Assembly (NCBI GenBank): GCA_964016885.1
Contig: OZ024741.1
Location: 133,672,001 to 133,736,000 of the forward strand
Length of the DNA: 64,000 bases
Direction: 5' to 3'
From: Eledone cirrhosa
Lineage: Eukaryota
Shown here: piece by piece, positions 1-13,989 of the stretch
Position numbering within the stretch: the stretch's first letter is position 1
How the letters are laid out: each line of letters begins with the position of its first letter
Program-made: the position numbers and the translations under genes
Notes under the pieces: model-generated
What the model saw: the letters and a program-made list of their open reading frames with translations, nothing else
Database searches by the model: none
Told to the model about the DNA's origin: nothing

Positions 1-1054
1 CACTATTCTACTTTTCTTTTAAGTAAACATTTTCTGGCTCAATTCCATCGGCACAGGTTGAATAAGTTGGCCCCGAAGTTAACAAAACGTACGTTCCTGG
101 TATGGGACTGTTGTAATACCTGGCCTTAATTATTATAGCAAAAGTCGTTCTGCAAACTTGAGTTGCTCTATACCTTGTATACCTTGCTTGGATGTCTCTA
201 CCAATATATATATATATATATATATACCGGATTTCACATGGACACACACATACACATATATATCCTCACACACAATTATATATATATATATAATTGTGTG
301 TGAGGATATATATGTGTCTGTGTGTGTCCATGTGAAATCCGGTTGACTTAAGACATATTGGGAAAATTCCAAATTTGAAATTTAGTCGTTCTAAAGTAAA
401 TGACTACAATAATAGTAGATAACTATAATTAATAGTTAAGAAAATCGGATAAATTAACTCTGTCTACTTTTCCCGTCCTCAGGGGTGCTTACCTGATTTT
501 CTCAAATATAGTTTATGGTGATCGACCGTTATTTTAGTCATTTATTTTGAGGTGACTACGATTCAAATGCCCCCCCCCCCACCCCTCTCTCTCTCTATAT
601 ATATATATATATTATTCAAGATAATGTGGCGTCAGATCCTTTCGGTATTGTAAACAGTGTGGCCTGTGAATGGCAAACAGACGTAGAGATGTACTATCTC
701 TAAGAGAAAGATAAGTATGAAACCAAACATTAGCCGGTATAATTTCATGTAATAACGTTATTATGTAAATGTATAGCTTCTCTGGTGATTTAAAGTTATC
801 GTGATAATAATAAAGGCGGAAATAATAAAGGCGGAAGTACGTTTTAAATATTAAACAATTCTCAAGTAGGGTTGAATTTTTCAAATATTTTTCAAAAAAT
901 TCTCTTCTACTTGATCCAAATATAGAAATACTTATTTTATCTGATTTAAAAAAAAGGAGATTTTTAATTACAGGCCTGGGAATTTTTGCCCATATATATA
1001 TATATATATATATATAGAAATTACATGAATCAAAGTTCTGTTTAAATCATTTAT

Positions 1055-1103
1055 TTGCTTACAATTGTTTCTTCCAAACCGAGGTTTGAAGTCTTCGGAG
1101 CAA
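1055..1103 (-). ncRNA. Type I HHR-like motif, CCGAAGA core
   Basis: ttgct-CCGAAGA-cttcaaacc tc ggtttggaa-GAAA-caattg-TA-agcaa. Confidence 0.65.
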
Positions 1104-1212
1104 TTATTCAGTGATTTTTTACATACTTGACCTCCTTTTCAACACAAGAGTTTAAAATATATATAACTATAAAAGGTTTTAGTATATACTTAACCATAAA
1201 TAGTATCCTTAA

Positions 1213-1288
<76 letters not shown>

Positions 1289-1562
1289 ATGTGTGTGTGT
1301 GTTTATATATATTTATACACACACATACACACATATATATATATAAACATATAGACACACACACACACACATATACATGCGGTCGTTAATGTAGTATAAT
1401 TAGCTTCGTTGTTATTCTTGACTGTTTGTCTGGAGCTTGTAACCGGACGAGATTGACCGTACATGCAGTTGAATGTCTGAGTATTGATTGCCGGAAACTT
1501 GTTTGTTGCTATATGTGCAGAAGAACAGTCAGCTGGTCGACACGACCTATTATTGGTGCGTT

Positions 1563-1613
1563 TTACCGCGCTCCGAATATCAGTGTGTAACTTGAGAAGA
1601 GGAGATTTAGCAC
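1563..1613 (-). CDS. Probable terminal coding exon of the GPCR (helix 8 start)
   Basis: tttacAG|GTG CTA AAT CTC CTC completes the NxEV motif (VLNLLFSSYTLIFGAR*). A long open frame shifted by 1 nt continues to about 1375. Confidence 0.5.
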   Translation of the reverse strand: MLNLLFSSYTLIFGAR

Positions 1614-1842
1614 CTGTAAATTATCAATAAATATATGAAAGATGACAAAGACAGTTACATATATTCACACAAGTACAGACACAAACACAAACACGCATAT
1701 TTATTTATATATCACTCTCTCTTTCTCCTCCCCCTTTCTCTCTCCCTTCTCTCTCTCCTCTCTCTCCCCCTGAAAAAAAATCAGCTTTGAGCAAAAAATA
1801 AAACAACTTCCTTGAAGAAAAGACGTTCTGAAATACATACAC

Positions 1843-1955
<113 letters not shown>

Positions 1956-2085
1956 GAGATATTTAATTTGTTGGAAATCCAACAAATTAAGATGTTTACA
2001 ACTGATTCAAATCACTCGACAGATTTCTGAAGTAAGTATTCAATTGATATTAAATAAATGGAAATTATATTTATAAAACCATATT

Positions 2086-2147
2086 TATTCCATTATATAT
2101 ATTTCAAGGGTACCAAAAATTTTGGTACGCTATCATCAGATAAAATA
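2086..2147 (-). ncRNA. Type I HHR in the inverted pseudo-LTR of PLE-1
   Basis: Reverse complement of 2781-2842. Confidence 0.75.
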
Positions 2148-2780
2148 CAAAATGTTTTATAAATATTTGACATGACCATATAAATATAGATAAATGTCTG
2201 AATATATTTTCCCTAAATTAACGTTCAAGTGGTCTTCCTTTTCCTTTTTCTTTCTGCTTTAACAATTTAAGTTTGATAATTTATAAAGCTTCGTTAAATT
2301 AACAATATTCTGAAAACATTCTCAATATTAAAAATGTTTGAATCCACAAATTATTCTAATCTCACAACTTGAAATAAAATTTTCAACATCCTTCGTAACT
2401 CAATGATGCATACGCAAATTATTAATATACATAGAGATATTTATATAGATATAACCTATCCTAATGTAATAAGATAAAAATACTTACAACCATAATTCTT
2501 CATATCATTATATAACTCATAATATAGGTAACAAAATCCTTTCCTTCAAATTAACGTTATTCTTTTCTCTCTCTTCTTTCCTTATAAATATTTAAATTTT
2601 CCATAGCGTCTAAAATAACTCTTTTTTTTTCAGCCCTTTAATATACACATCATTTGCATAATCATATTAATAATTTTAAATATCTGACTTTTCTCCTCTC
2701 TTCCCTTCATTTTCCAGGGATAACTTGAAGCGTTAATGTATATCATCCTTGGTCATGTCAAATATTTATAAAACATTTTG

Positions 2781-2842
2781 TATTTTATCTGATGATAGCG
2801 TACCAAAATTTTTGGTACCCTTGAAATATATATAATGGAATA
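2781..2842 (+). ncRNA. Type I HHR in the PLE-1 5' pseudo-LTR
   Basis: tattttat-CTGATGA-stem II (gtaccaaaa/ttttggtac)-GAAA-tatata-TA-atggaata. Confidence 0.78.
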
Positions 2843-3033
2843 AATATGGTTTTATAAATATAGTTTCCATTTATTTAATATCAATTGAATACTTACTCCA
2901 GAAATCTGTCGAGTGCTTTGAATCAGTTGTAAACATCTATATTTGTTGGATTTCCAACAAATTAAATATCTCTTATACATATAAATAGCTCCTTTAATGT
3001 TGAGCACTTTAAATTATAACTGATTGATAAATA

Positions 3034-5230
3034 ATGGAATTCTTTAGGATTTCTTCCTCTCTAAAAGATGTACCTTTAGCTAAGAATAATGACTATCTAA
3101 AACAACACATTGAGAAATCCGACTCCTTTATACGAAGACTTAGATGGCGTGCCTTCCATTTCGATAGAAAATCGGAAAAAATAAATAAATCCAGTTGCAA
3201 CTTCGATATGATCTTCAAATCTAAGAAGAATCCACATTGCAACAAACTATTAATGGAATTTGAAAAGGATGTAATATCGATTATACAAAACATCAAATTA
3301 AAAAAAAACCAATTTGTAGGCCAGGAATACCTTAAAACCCTCAAGAATAATATAGACAATCTTGAAAAAACTGAGATCCTAATTAAATCTGATAAAACTA
3401 ACAATCTATACGGAATGCAAAGGGACGAATACAATAATCTTATATTGAAAGAACTCAGAAAAAATTACAGAATAAGCTTCCGAAATAATTCATAAATTAG
3501 GCATCCAAAATAGGACTGAACCCTTTATACCTAGAAGACCAAAAATTAACCTGAAAGACCACAAAAGAAACTTTGAAATAGAACTACCAGTCAGACTTAT
3601 AGCACCATCTAAATCATATTTAGGGATAATTAGTAAACATATATTAGATAGAATCATACCACAACTTAAAGAAAAGTCACACCTAAAACTATGGAACAGT
3701 ACTAATGAGGTTATAGATTGATCAATAACATACAATTTAAACATAACAAAAAATTCATTCAAATGGATATTGCAAATTACTAATCCTCTATTACTCCTAG
3801 TTTACTTAATGGGGCTCTTATCTATGCATCTAAACATACAGATTTATCTAGTGAAGAAATGCATATCATTTTAACTGCACGGAAAATTTTAATAGAACTC
3901 AACAATCATCTCTGGACAAGAGCCGATAGGAAAAATAATTTTGATATCACCATGGGATCATCCGACTCGGCGCAAATAACGGATCTTGTGGGCTTATTTA
4001 TTAATAATACACTGCATAGAAAAATGCCAGACATGACCGGTGGTTTATATCATGATGATATGCCACTTTTAATTGAAAACCATAGTAATTGTGAAATTAA
4101 TAGGAAAAAAAAATCCATTCTTCATTAATTATAACCTTAAGTTAGATATAGAGAATAACTATAAAATCGTTAACTTTTTAGACGTAACATTAAACCTTAG
4201 CACAGGGCTCTACTATCCATTCTATAAAATCAAATGAGAATCTAAATTACGTAAGTTTTAACTCTAATCATCCTAGATCTATTAAGAACACTATCGTCAA
4301 TAGTGTCCAGCACCAAATTTCACGCATCTCTGCTAATAAAAATATTTTTGAGGAAAAGGCTGAATATTATAATGAAGCTTTAAATAGAGCAGGCTATACG
4401 AATAAAATTAAATACATTGACAACAATAATAAGGCAAATCACCCTACTATTAATTATAATAAGAATAAACAATTTAACTTAAACTCTAAAACAAACAAAA
4501 GAACTAGAACTAGAAATATTATTTGGTACTCACCCCCATTCACATTAAGCGTTAAAACACCTTCAGCAAAGTTATTCTTTAAAGCACTAGACACATGTTT
4601 TCCTAAAACCCACAGATACCACTCAATCTTTAACAGACATACTATAAAACTATCCTACTCTACTACTATGAACATAGCACAAAATATAAATAGAATTAAT
4701 AATAGAAACTTAAATTTAAGCCCTAACCAAAATAACCATAATAATAATAATAATATTTCTAGCAATATCCAGTATAATAGAACCGTTCTGAGTAACAACA
4801 ACTCCGTAAAATGTAACTGTAGAATTAAATCAAACTGCCCTTTACAAAATAAGTGTTTAGATAAAAACATAGTCTATAAATGTACAGTTAAAACTAGTGA
4901 TAATATATTCAACTATATCGGTGCCACTTCTACAGAATTTAAATTTCGCTGGAATAATCACAATTGTTCTTTTAGAAGATCTGACAAAAAATATTCTACT
5001 ACCCTTTCACATCTTGTATGGAATTTAAAAAGCAGGAATATAGACTATTCATTATCTTGGAAAACGATTTCGAAAGCACCTGCTTACCGAAACACGACCT
5101 TATCAAGATTCTGTAAATTAAGACATTTTTTATATAATTAATTGTAAAAACTCTATTAATCCTAGAACAGAAATATTTAGTTGTTGGAAACATCGCCAAA
5201 ATTCTACATTCAGAACTATATGTAAATTAT
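3034..5230 (+). pseudogene. Disrupted PLE RT/GIY-YIG ORF
   Basis: ORF pieces 3034-3495, 3859-4128 and 4668-5141 separated by stops and frameshifts. Confidence 0.88.
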
Positions 5231-6544
5231 AATATACTTATAATATTCCTATTAATCTCCAAAATGATCTTATCTGCCCTAACATTTTATATTTTTAATA
5301 CTTTAATATATTAATATCTCTAAATCATAATATCTTTAACATTTCTTATAATATATATATATATGTGTGTATGTATATTTATTTATATATATTTATGTAC
5401 TTCTACATTATGTACTTCTATATAATTCTAATTTTAATTTTAATTTTAATTCTCTTAAATTTTTTAATTCTTTTTTCTTAATTTTTTTATTTTTCTAATG
5501 ACACCCTCTAAAGCTTTATTTTTCTGACACCCTCTAAAGCTAATTTTTAAATGTAGATTAATAACCATTAACTGCTTTTAGTAAAATAAATTCAGGATGG
5601 TGTTTAATTATTCATATTTCTTTAGAATAAATAATTAATCCCACACTAGCGATTAATAAAAAATTGGAGTTATCTTTCCTTCTTTCAATCATAAACACTT
5701 TTTATACACAACTCCGTTAATTTAACATTATAAATTGTAACTACCTATTTATTTACATAAAATCAACATCCATAGGAACCTATATTAGGAACAAACGCCT
5801 ATTTATTTTACTTATTTATAAATCAACATCCCTCGTAATTCATATTATAAACAAACTATCCTTTAAAAAAAACACATATGCTATTATTAAAATACATATA
5901 TACATATTTATATATTATTATAATAAGATAAATAATTCTCCATATAAATATAGATAAATGTCTGAATATATTTTCCCTAAATTAACGTTCAAGTGGTCTT
6001 CTTTTTCCTTTTTCTTTCTGCTTTAACAATTTTAGTTTGATAATTTATATAGATTGGTTAAATTAACAATATTCTGAAAACATTCTCAATATTAAAAGTG
6101 TTTGAATCCACAAATTATTCTAATCTCACAACTTGAAATAAAATTTTCAACATCCTTCGTAACTCAATGATGCATACGCAAATTATTAATATACATAGAG
6201 ATATTTATATAGATATAACCTATCCTAATGTAATAAGATAAAAATACTTACAACCATAATTCTTCATATAATTATATAACTCATAATATAGGTAACAAAA
6301 ATCCTTTCCCCCAAATTAACGTTATTCTTTTCTCTCTCTTCTTTCCTTATAAATATTTAAATTTTCCATAGCGTCTAAAATAACGTTTTTTTTTCAGCCC
6401 TTTAATATACACATCATTTGCATAATCATATTAATAATTTTAAATATCTGACTTTTCTCCTCTCTTCCCTTCACTTTCTAGGGATAACTTGAACCGTTAA
6501 GGTATATCATCCTTGGTCATGTCAAATATTTATAAAACATTTTG

Positions 6545-6606
6545 TATTTTATCTGATGATAGCGTACCAAAATTTTTGGTACCCTTGAAATATATATAAT
6601 GGAATA
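6545..6606 (+). ncRNA. Type I HHR in the PLE-1 3' pseudo-LTR
   Basis: Same as 2781-2842. Confidence 0.78.
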
Positions 6607-6653
6607 AATATGGTTTTATAAATATAGTTTCCATTTATTTAATATCAATTGTA

Positions 6654-6703
<50 letters not shown>

Positions 6704-6708
<5 letters not shown>

Positions 6709-9700
6709 TAAATCTACCAATCAATGGTAGGGTCTAAACCGTATGAAGAACTCAATGTAATCCGTATGTAGATGTCGTGAAGCAAAGTTTAAAATACAAA
6801 ATTTTCAACGATATAATTCATTGCATACAGAGTCAAAAATAGAAATATTAAAACAATGAAATTAAACACAAAACAGTTAATTCATAGTAAAACTCATTAT
6901 TTTACGATCGTTTCTGGGGGGTAGTTATATATATTACAAAATATCATAGTAAGAAAAGATACGTACGTCTTCACTACCCGCCGTCTTCAGAAATAATGAG
7001 TTTTGTTTATTGAAGAATACAAAAAAACATACGTACATATGAATAAGTAACGTTTTATAACATGATATTTTGATATGATATTTTGTAATATTTTACATAG
7101 ATCAATAATTGAATGGACATACGGGGAACTACCCCCCAGAAACGATCTTAAAATAATGAGTTTTACTATGAATTAACCGTTTTGTGTTTAATTTCATTGT
7201 TTTAATATTTCTATTTTTGACTCTGTAAGCAATGAATTATATCGTTGAAAATTTTGTATTTTAAACTTTGCTTCACGACAACTTCTACATACGGATTACA
7301 TTGAGTTCTTCATACGGTTTAGACCCTACCATTTATTGGTAGATTTATCTGTGTACTCTGCTCCTTTTTTATTGATTTTTATTGATTTTTTCATTAATTA
7401 ATATATTTAGTTGAGCCCTTAATCTTGTCTAATATCAGTATTGCAATGGAAAGGCAATACTTAGGAACTTCGTTGAAAAATGTACCAATTCCCTCTAAAG
7501 ATGAGTTCCTTCTTCTTATACAAAAAAGTAACCAATTTATTAGAAGAGTTGGTTGGCGGGCATACCACTTCGATAACAAAACCAAAAGAGATGAGAAGAA
7601 AAACTTTTATGACTTTCGCACATATAAAAACCCTCCTCACAATTCTATACTTGAAAATTTTGAAAAAGATTTACTCAATATGATTAAACACATCAAATTT
7701 AAGAAACACAAATCAAACTTTCAAAAAGAACTGGACTCTACCCTATTTAAACTAAAAAACTCTAGTAAAATTCATGTCCACTCTGACAAAATTGGTAACT
7801 TATACCATATGAACATTGATGAATATAACCAGTTCATTTATAAAGAACTAAGGAAGAACTACAAGAAAATCAGTAGTACAGCACTCACCTTTATAAACAA
7901 TAAATCATACACCATAGTAAAAGAACTCGACATCGAAGATAGAACCGAACCTTTCACACCAAAGAATCCACACTTTAATCTGAAAGATCATAAATCTGAC
8001 TTCAACTCGAACCCATCGATTAGACTCATATGCCCCTCTAAGTCGGACATTGGAGTAATAAGCAAGAAGATTCTTGATAAAATTATCCCACAACTAAGGA
8101 AACATGTAAAACTACCGCTATGGGAAAAGACTTCCCAAGTTATCAATTGGTTCACCAACATCAAAAATAAGCCCTCAGCTTCATTTCTCCAATTCGACAT
8201 CGATGCATACTATTAATCAATATCCCCCATACTACTGAACAAAGCATTAATTTTCGCCAAAAATAAATCGGACTTAACTATGAATGAAATTAAGATCATC
8301 ACACATGCCAGACAAACTCTACTGGACTTCCAAGACGAGTATTGGACTAGAAATACATATAGTGATTTATATGATATTACTATGGACTCGATGGATTCCG
8401 CCCAGGTTACGGACCTTGTGGGCCTCTTCCTCCTACATAATTTAAATTCCTCTTTTCCCCACCTCAAAGGTGGTCTATATCGCGATGACTGTCTTCTTCT
8501 ATCTAACAATCTTAGTCTCTCAGTAATTGAGAGAAATAAAAAGCATATTAGGAAATTCCTCAAAGATTACTATAATCTTACAGTTACCTTTGAAAATAGC
8601 ACTAAAATGGTCAATTTCCTCGACATCACTTTAGACCTATCAACAGGCACTTACCAACCCTACCACAAACCAAACCAAACCAAAACCTCCATTATATACA
8701 CTCACTATCTAACCACCCTAGTTCCAAATTATCATCTAGTGAAGAAATATTCTATAAAAATGAACCTTATTATAATGAGGCTTTAACTAGAAGTGGCTAC
8801 AAAGATAAAATATTTTACATACCTAACACCATGAATACCCCTAGCATACAGCCAAGCATAAGCAACAAACACCGAAGAAAACACCAAAAAGTTAGTGCCA
8901 ACAATGAAACACCGAAAAACCTAGATCCTACCATTACTCCCAATATCCACATTAACACGAATGACACAAATTCTCTAAAAATTATTAATCCTAATGATTC
9001 CGGATATTTCTATAACTTACCTAATAATATTACTACAAACCATACGAAAACACCTAACTCCAATACTCTTAAAAAATCCGTTAATAATAACACCTTATAT
9101 CTTAATTCTCACAAACCAAACTACATCCTTGCAATCCAAAAAACCAGGGAAACATATCCGAACTACCGTATATAACAAGAATAATACCGAAATTCCAGGT
9201 CCTATCAATAATGCTCCATTAATAAAACTCACAATATCCTCTACAAATCAAACAAAAAGCAATAAATCAAAAACTAATACAATTCAAAAATCTACTAAAC
9301 AATTAGTTCACACCCATAATAACAATCACAATGTTATAATTTCATCTGATAACAATATCTACCCTCAAACTTCTATATATACCCAATATAATAAGAGGAA
9401 ACTTTTTAGAAACCACAAAAGAAATGTAACATAGTATAACGCTCCATTCAACTTGCAAACTATGGGCCAAATCCCTAAAAATGTTTTTACAATTCTCGAT
9501 AAGCATTTCCCACCTAACCACAAATACCAACAAATCTTAAACAGAAATACAGTAAAATTTTCTTACTCTACATCGAGCAATATACAACAAAAAATAAGTG
9601 CATATAACATCTATAAATGTAAAAAAAAGCTCCATCTATACCACACACAATAGCACACCACACACAAGATAACTATGGTAATACTACAACGCGTAACCAG

Positions 9701-10470
9701 AATATTACTGCATACCCACCTGCTACATCCACTCACTCACCTCACCAGCACAATACAGCAGCCTACAACCAACTACCATATTCCTCATCCTTAATAGGGA
9801 CTAAGAATTACATATCCAATCTAACCAATAGCTTCCAAAACAACCATGATTCTATAAACGCTATATCCAGTATAATTTCACCAACTAACAACAATTCGGG
9901 CCGCAACCACCTAACCGTAAACCCTTCTCTCCCAAATAAAAAGGTAAACACAAATACTAGCACTATTATTGAGAATATGGATAGCATATCTGATACCCTA
10001 TAGGCAAGCGGTTGTAATTGTAGAATAAAAGATAATTGCCCCTTAAATGGAAATTGCTTAATTAATAATATAGCATATAAATGTGTAATCACCACTAAGG
10101 ACTCTAATCAATCATATATTGGATCCACTTCTAATCCGTTTAAATCGAGATTTTATGCACACATCCACAGTTTCCGAACACAAAGTTAGCTAATACCACT
10201 TCTTTAGCAGAAGCAGTTAATAATTATAAAAAGAGGAATTTTAAATATAACCTAACTTGGAAGATTCTTAAGATACCTATTTCTTATCAGAGCAATAGAA
10301 GGGAGTGTAGACTATGTTCCCAAGAAATTTTTGAAATTACTAAATCGAAGGACACTCTATTAAATAAAAGACAAGAATTAATTATAGTATGTAACCATAA
10401 AATTAGAAGGACATTCAAATATTATAAATACAACTAAACAAATATAGAAAATAATATAGGAGAAAAAATG
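6704..10470 (+). mobile_element. Penelope-like element 2 (5' inverted pseudo-LTR, disrupted ORF, 3' end lost)
   Basis: IR 6704-6926 vs 7127-7351; ORF pieces 7446-8216 (FLQFDI), 8280-8786 (YRDD), 9453-9653; CNCRIKDNCPL near 10012 followed by a GIY-YIG remnant. Confidence 0.9.
6893..7000 (-). ncRNA. Type I HHR in the PLE-2 inverted pseudo-LTR
   Basis: ctcattattt-CTGAAGA-long stem II-GAAA-cgatcg-TA-aaataatgag; perfect 10-bp stem I. Confidence 0.8.
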
Positions 10471-10616
10471 TGTGAGTATATGAGTGTGTGTGAATATGTA
10501 TATGTGTGGGTGTATATGTATGTGTATGCATAAGTGTATGCCCATATATATACATGTGTGAATGTACATGTATATATGTGTGTGTATATAGTATGTGTAT
10601 GTGTATGTGTGTGTGC

Positions 10617-10654
<38 letters not shown>

Positions 10655-11035
10655 ACGTATGTGTGTATATATACGTGTGTGTATATATATATATGTGTAT
10701 ATATATACGTGTGTATGTCTATATATATATATTTTCTGCTACTAGAATTAATCCATGAATTAAATCCTATATCTCATCCCTATAACTGTTTTAAGTAATT
10801 AACTATAATTTAGCACTATATATCAACATATATGATAGAATTTATCTCCCATCGTAAAAGTGGTAAATTTTGTATTTTCGTTTTTTATTATTTTGTTTTT
10901 ATTATTTTTTTAATTATAAAATCAGAATTGAATTCATCATGTATCCCAATTGAAGAATAAATAGAATTTAGAAAAGTAAATTTCTATACAACATATTTTG
11001 CTTTTTTCTTCCAATATATAAGGAACAATTTCATT

Positions 11036-11063
11036 CCCGGGCAATGCCGGGTGCCTTTGCTAG
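11036..11063 (+). mobile_element. Helitron-like 3' terminus
   Basis: GC hairpin cccgggcaatgccggg, 8 nt, then CTAG followed by T. Confidence 0.55.
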
Positions 11064-11342
11064 TTAATCTAATACTGCAAATATTCACAATGCTACGTTC
11101 ACTAATAAAGTTACTACAAGCATTTGAATTTATAAAATCAAATTTAGATAAAGTAGTATAGTTAATATGAAGCATTGTGAGATATGTAATAAATGAATAA
11201 GCTTCAAAACGTCGGTGCAATGCCCTTTATATATTTCTACTGCATTGTACCGGCTTTTTGAAACTTACCAGTCATTTCTAGATATTTTCATTTTCTGCTA
11301 AATGATTACTGGTTGTTACGAATTAGAGTTAACAGTACTCAC

Positions 11343-11384
11343 CTCTCTGTTGATAAAGCAAAAGACGAGAGCTACGATTCCTCC
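11343..11384 (-). CDS. 42-nt exon of the same class B GPCR (end of TM7)
   Basis: tttcAG|GGA GGA ATC GTA GCT CTC GTC TTT TGC TTT ATC AAC AGA GAG|GTgagt = GGIVALVFCFINRE, matching the conserved GFFVAxxYCFxNxE 42-nt exon; phase 0 fits the upstream exon. Confidence 0.9.
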
Positions 11385-11437
11385 CTGAAAATATGAAAAG
11401 AATTGTATATTATTCAAGCGCTACTTTGCTATCAGTT

Positions 11438-11582
11438 GACGTAGTATGGTCGTGTGGTTAAGAGGCTCGCTTCGCCCCCACTGCATGGCATCTTGGGCAA
11501 TTGTTATTTACCATAACCTCAGGTCGATCCATGCTTTGTGAGAGGAGTTGGGTAGACGGAAACAGTGTGGAAGCCCGTCGGC
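11438..11582 (+). mobile_element. tRNA-derived Octopus-type SINE (degenerate)
   Basis: Head gtgtggttaagaggctcgctt, body ccactgcatggcatcttgggcaa...ggtagacggaaac..gaagcccgtcg. Confidence 0.65.
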
Positions 11583-11799
11583 TAAGTTGAATTCGTAATT
11601 CAAAGGGCCAGCCTTGCCACATGTATCCCGCTGAATCTCTCTGAGAATTATGTTAAGGGTACTTACAGTCACATACACGTTAATTTCTCGAGAACGTTCC
11701 AGAGATCGAACAATTAGAACATTCATCGTCGAAACTGACGGAGTTTCATTCCATTCTACACTTCAGTTTCCAATATATTCTGAAATATTTTCAAAGCTA

Positions 11800-11990
11800 T
11801 TGATTGGCAGAATCATTAGAGCGTCAGATGAAGTGCTTTGAGGCATCTACTTACGACCCTTTATGTTCTGAGTTCAAACCACACCAACGTCAACTTTGCC
11901 TTTCACCCTTCCGGGGACGATAAAATAAAGTACCAGTAAAGTACTTTCACCTATCCACAAATTGCAAGTTTTGTGCCAAATTAGAAATCA
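11800..11990 (+). mobile_element. Nin-domain-like SINE, degenerate
   Basis: ctgagttcaaa..actttgcctttcacccttccggggacgataaaataaagtaccag. Confidence 0.75.
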
Positions 11991-12103
11991 TTGTTTACGT
12001 TGAAGAGAAGTAGTAAAAGCCACAAAAGCAAATCACTGAAACATGCTGTGAATAACTGTAAATAACTGAAAGCCCATAAAAGTCTCCGACACCATTATTA
12101 TAT

Positions 12104-12293
12104 GGTGGATTGGCAGTATCGGTAGAGGGTCGGACGCCATGCTTTCCAGCATAGTTACGTCCCTTTACGATCTGAGTTCAAATCCCGCCGAGGTTGACTT
12201 TGCCTTTCATCCTTACGGGGTCGATAAAATAAAGTACCCCGTAATGCACTGGGTAATTGCTGGCCTTGTGCCTAAAGTAGAAACAATTATTAT
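12104..12293 (+). mobile_element. Nin-domain-like SINE
   Basis: Box B-like gagttcaaatccc, core gcctttcatccttacggggtcgataaaataaagtacc, (ATT) tail; many near-identical copies in the window. Confidence 0.85.
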
Positions 12294-12389
12294 ATGTGCC
12301 CATTATTATATGTGTAGTTCACAGGTAGATTCAGCATTGTCACGAAGTATGAAACATCTTTTGAATTACAAGTACAATTCATTTTTGCA

Positions 12390-12511
12390 AACTGAGTAGA
12401 CAGAAGCAACGTGAAATACAGTGTCTTGCTCAAGGACACAATGCGCTGCTTGGTCAGGAAATCGAACTTACGACCTTATGATCGTGAACCCAGCACCCTA
12501 ACTACTACGCC
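12390..12511 (-). mobile_element. tRNA-derived CORE-type SINE head
   Basis: Minus strand ggcgtagtagttagggtgct..gttcgatt..gtgtccttgagcaagacact. Confidence 0.7.
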
Positions 12512-13031
12512 TCGAGTTGTGTGCTTAGTTTGCGCCTGTGTTACATCCGGGTGTCTGTGTGTGTTTATATTTGTTTATTTATTTGTTTATTTACATGTTA
12601 CTGGTTACATGTTACTGGAACAGCAACATCACAACTTACAATTAAGGACAAAATGAAAACACACACGCACATAGAACAAACAACCAACCAGTAGCATGTA
12701 AATAAACAAATAAATAAACAAATATAAACACACAGAGACCCCCGGATATAACACATGCGCAAACTAAGCACACAACACACACAAAAACAAGATGGCGTAG
12801 GACAGAACAAAGGAGAGACACAAAACAAAGAAAAGAATCCCAGTCACTGAAGAAGTCACAGAATGTGTGACGAAAGAACTTTGACAATATATAAACAATC
12901 ACCTGGTTGTGAAACCAACCAACGAACCGGAAATTTATAAATTCCTAAATTTATAAATTTATTATAATAAATTGAAGTGAAAGCAACTGGTGAGTGTGTT
13001 TCTTATTGGCAACATGACCCTCCCAAAATAT

Positions 13032-13114
<83 letters not shown>

Positions 13115-13130
13115 TATATATATATATAAT

Positions 13131-13213
<83 letters not shown>

Positions 13214-13236
13214 TATTATATATATATATATATAAT

Positions 13237-13325
<89 letters not shown>

Positions 13326-13427
13326 TGTGTGTGTATCCCGGATTCCATCGGGGGTAACCACATTAAGTAAGGTACTCAATACATAGCAGAGTATAGATAT
13401 TTAATATAGAAATAGCTTAAACAGGCA

Positions 13428-13505
13428 GGACTAGATCTGTTTCATTCGAAGGAAATCATCAGGAAGGGCCTGATGATTTCCTTTGAATGAAACAGTTCTA
13501 GTCCT
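13428..13505. ncRNA. Back-to-back pair of HHR cores
   Basis: CTGATGA-tttcctt(t/c)gaat-GAAA-cag(t/a)tc-TA on both strands around a 5-nt spacer; stem I 5' strands truncated. Confidence 0.55.
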
Positions 13506-13652
13506 GTAGAAGCCATTTTTATATTTTATATATATATATATAGAGAGAGAGGCCAGTGGTTACTGCTCTAGGCACGCTGTGAATTCTATCTCCCACCTGT
13601 GGCTGGACGGTTGCTTTAGTTTCTGTTAGAGTTGTCTGAAATGTATAGCCTT

Positions 13653-13734
13653 ACACACGCTGATGAACCATGGGCTAATCATTTCTGTCAACAACTTATT
13701 TGGCGAAACAATCTTTTTGGATTTGTACGTGTGT
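13653..13734 (+). ncRNA. Type I HHR
   Basis: acacacg-CTGATGA-acca..tggc-GAAA-caatc..gatttg-TA-cgtgtgt. Confidence 0.8.
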
Positions 13735-13938
13735 GTTAGATAGTTATCGAGGTATGTATTCACGCTTTAATTTATACTTTTAATTATTGTGTGTCTACTC
13801 TGCCTTCCATGGGCTATAGATTCCATACACTGGTGGTTATTTCCTGTTTGACTGATGGCGCACTATCTCTCTCTCTCTAGTGTGTTATCTTTTCAACATA
13901 TTGTATATATATATATATTTATTAAAATAACAGATTAA

Positions 13939-13989
13939 AGTTTAAGCGAAGAATCGCTGCTTTCACCCTTAATGAGATCTTCTGAAACT
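13939..13989 (-). ncRNA. HHR variant (CAGAAGA), solo PLE-3 family end
   Basis: Homologous to 19723-19773. Confidence 0.65.

Noticed and set aside
8831-9434. Asn/Thr-rich ORFs as separate genes
   Set aside because: They lie inside the PLE-2 ORF between conserved blocks; treated as frameshifted linker.
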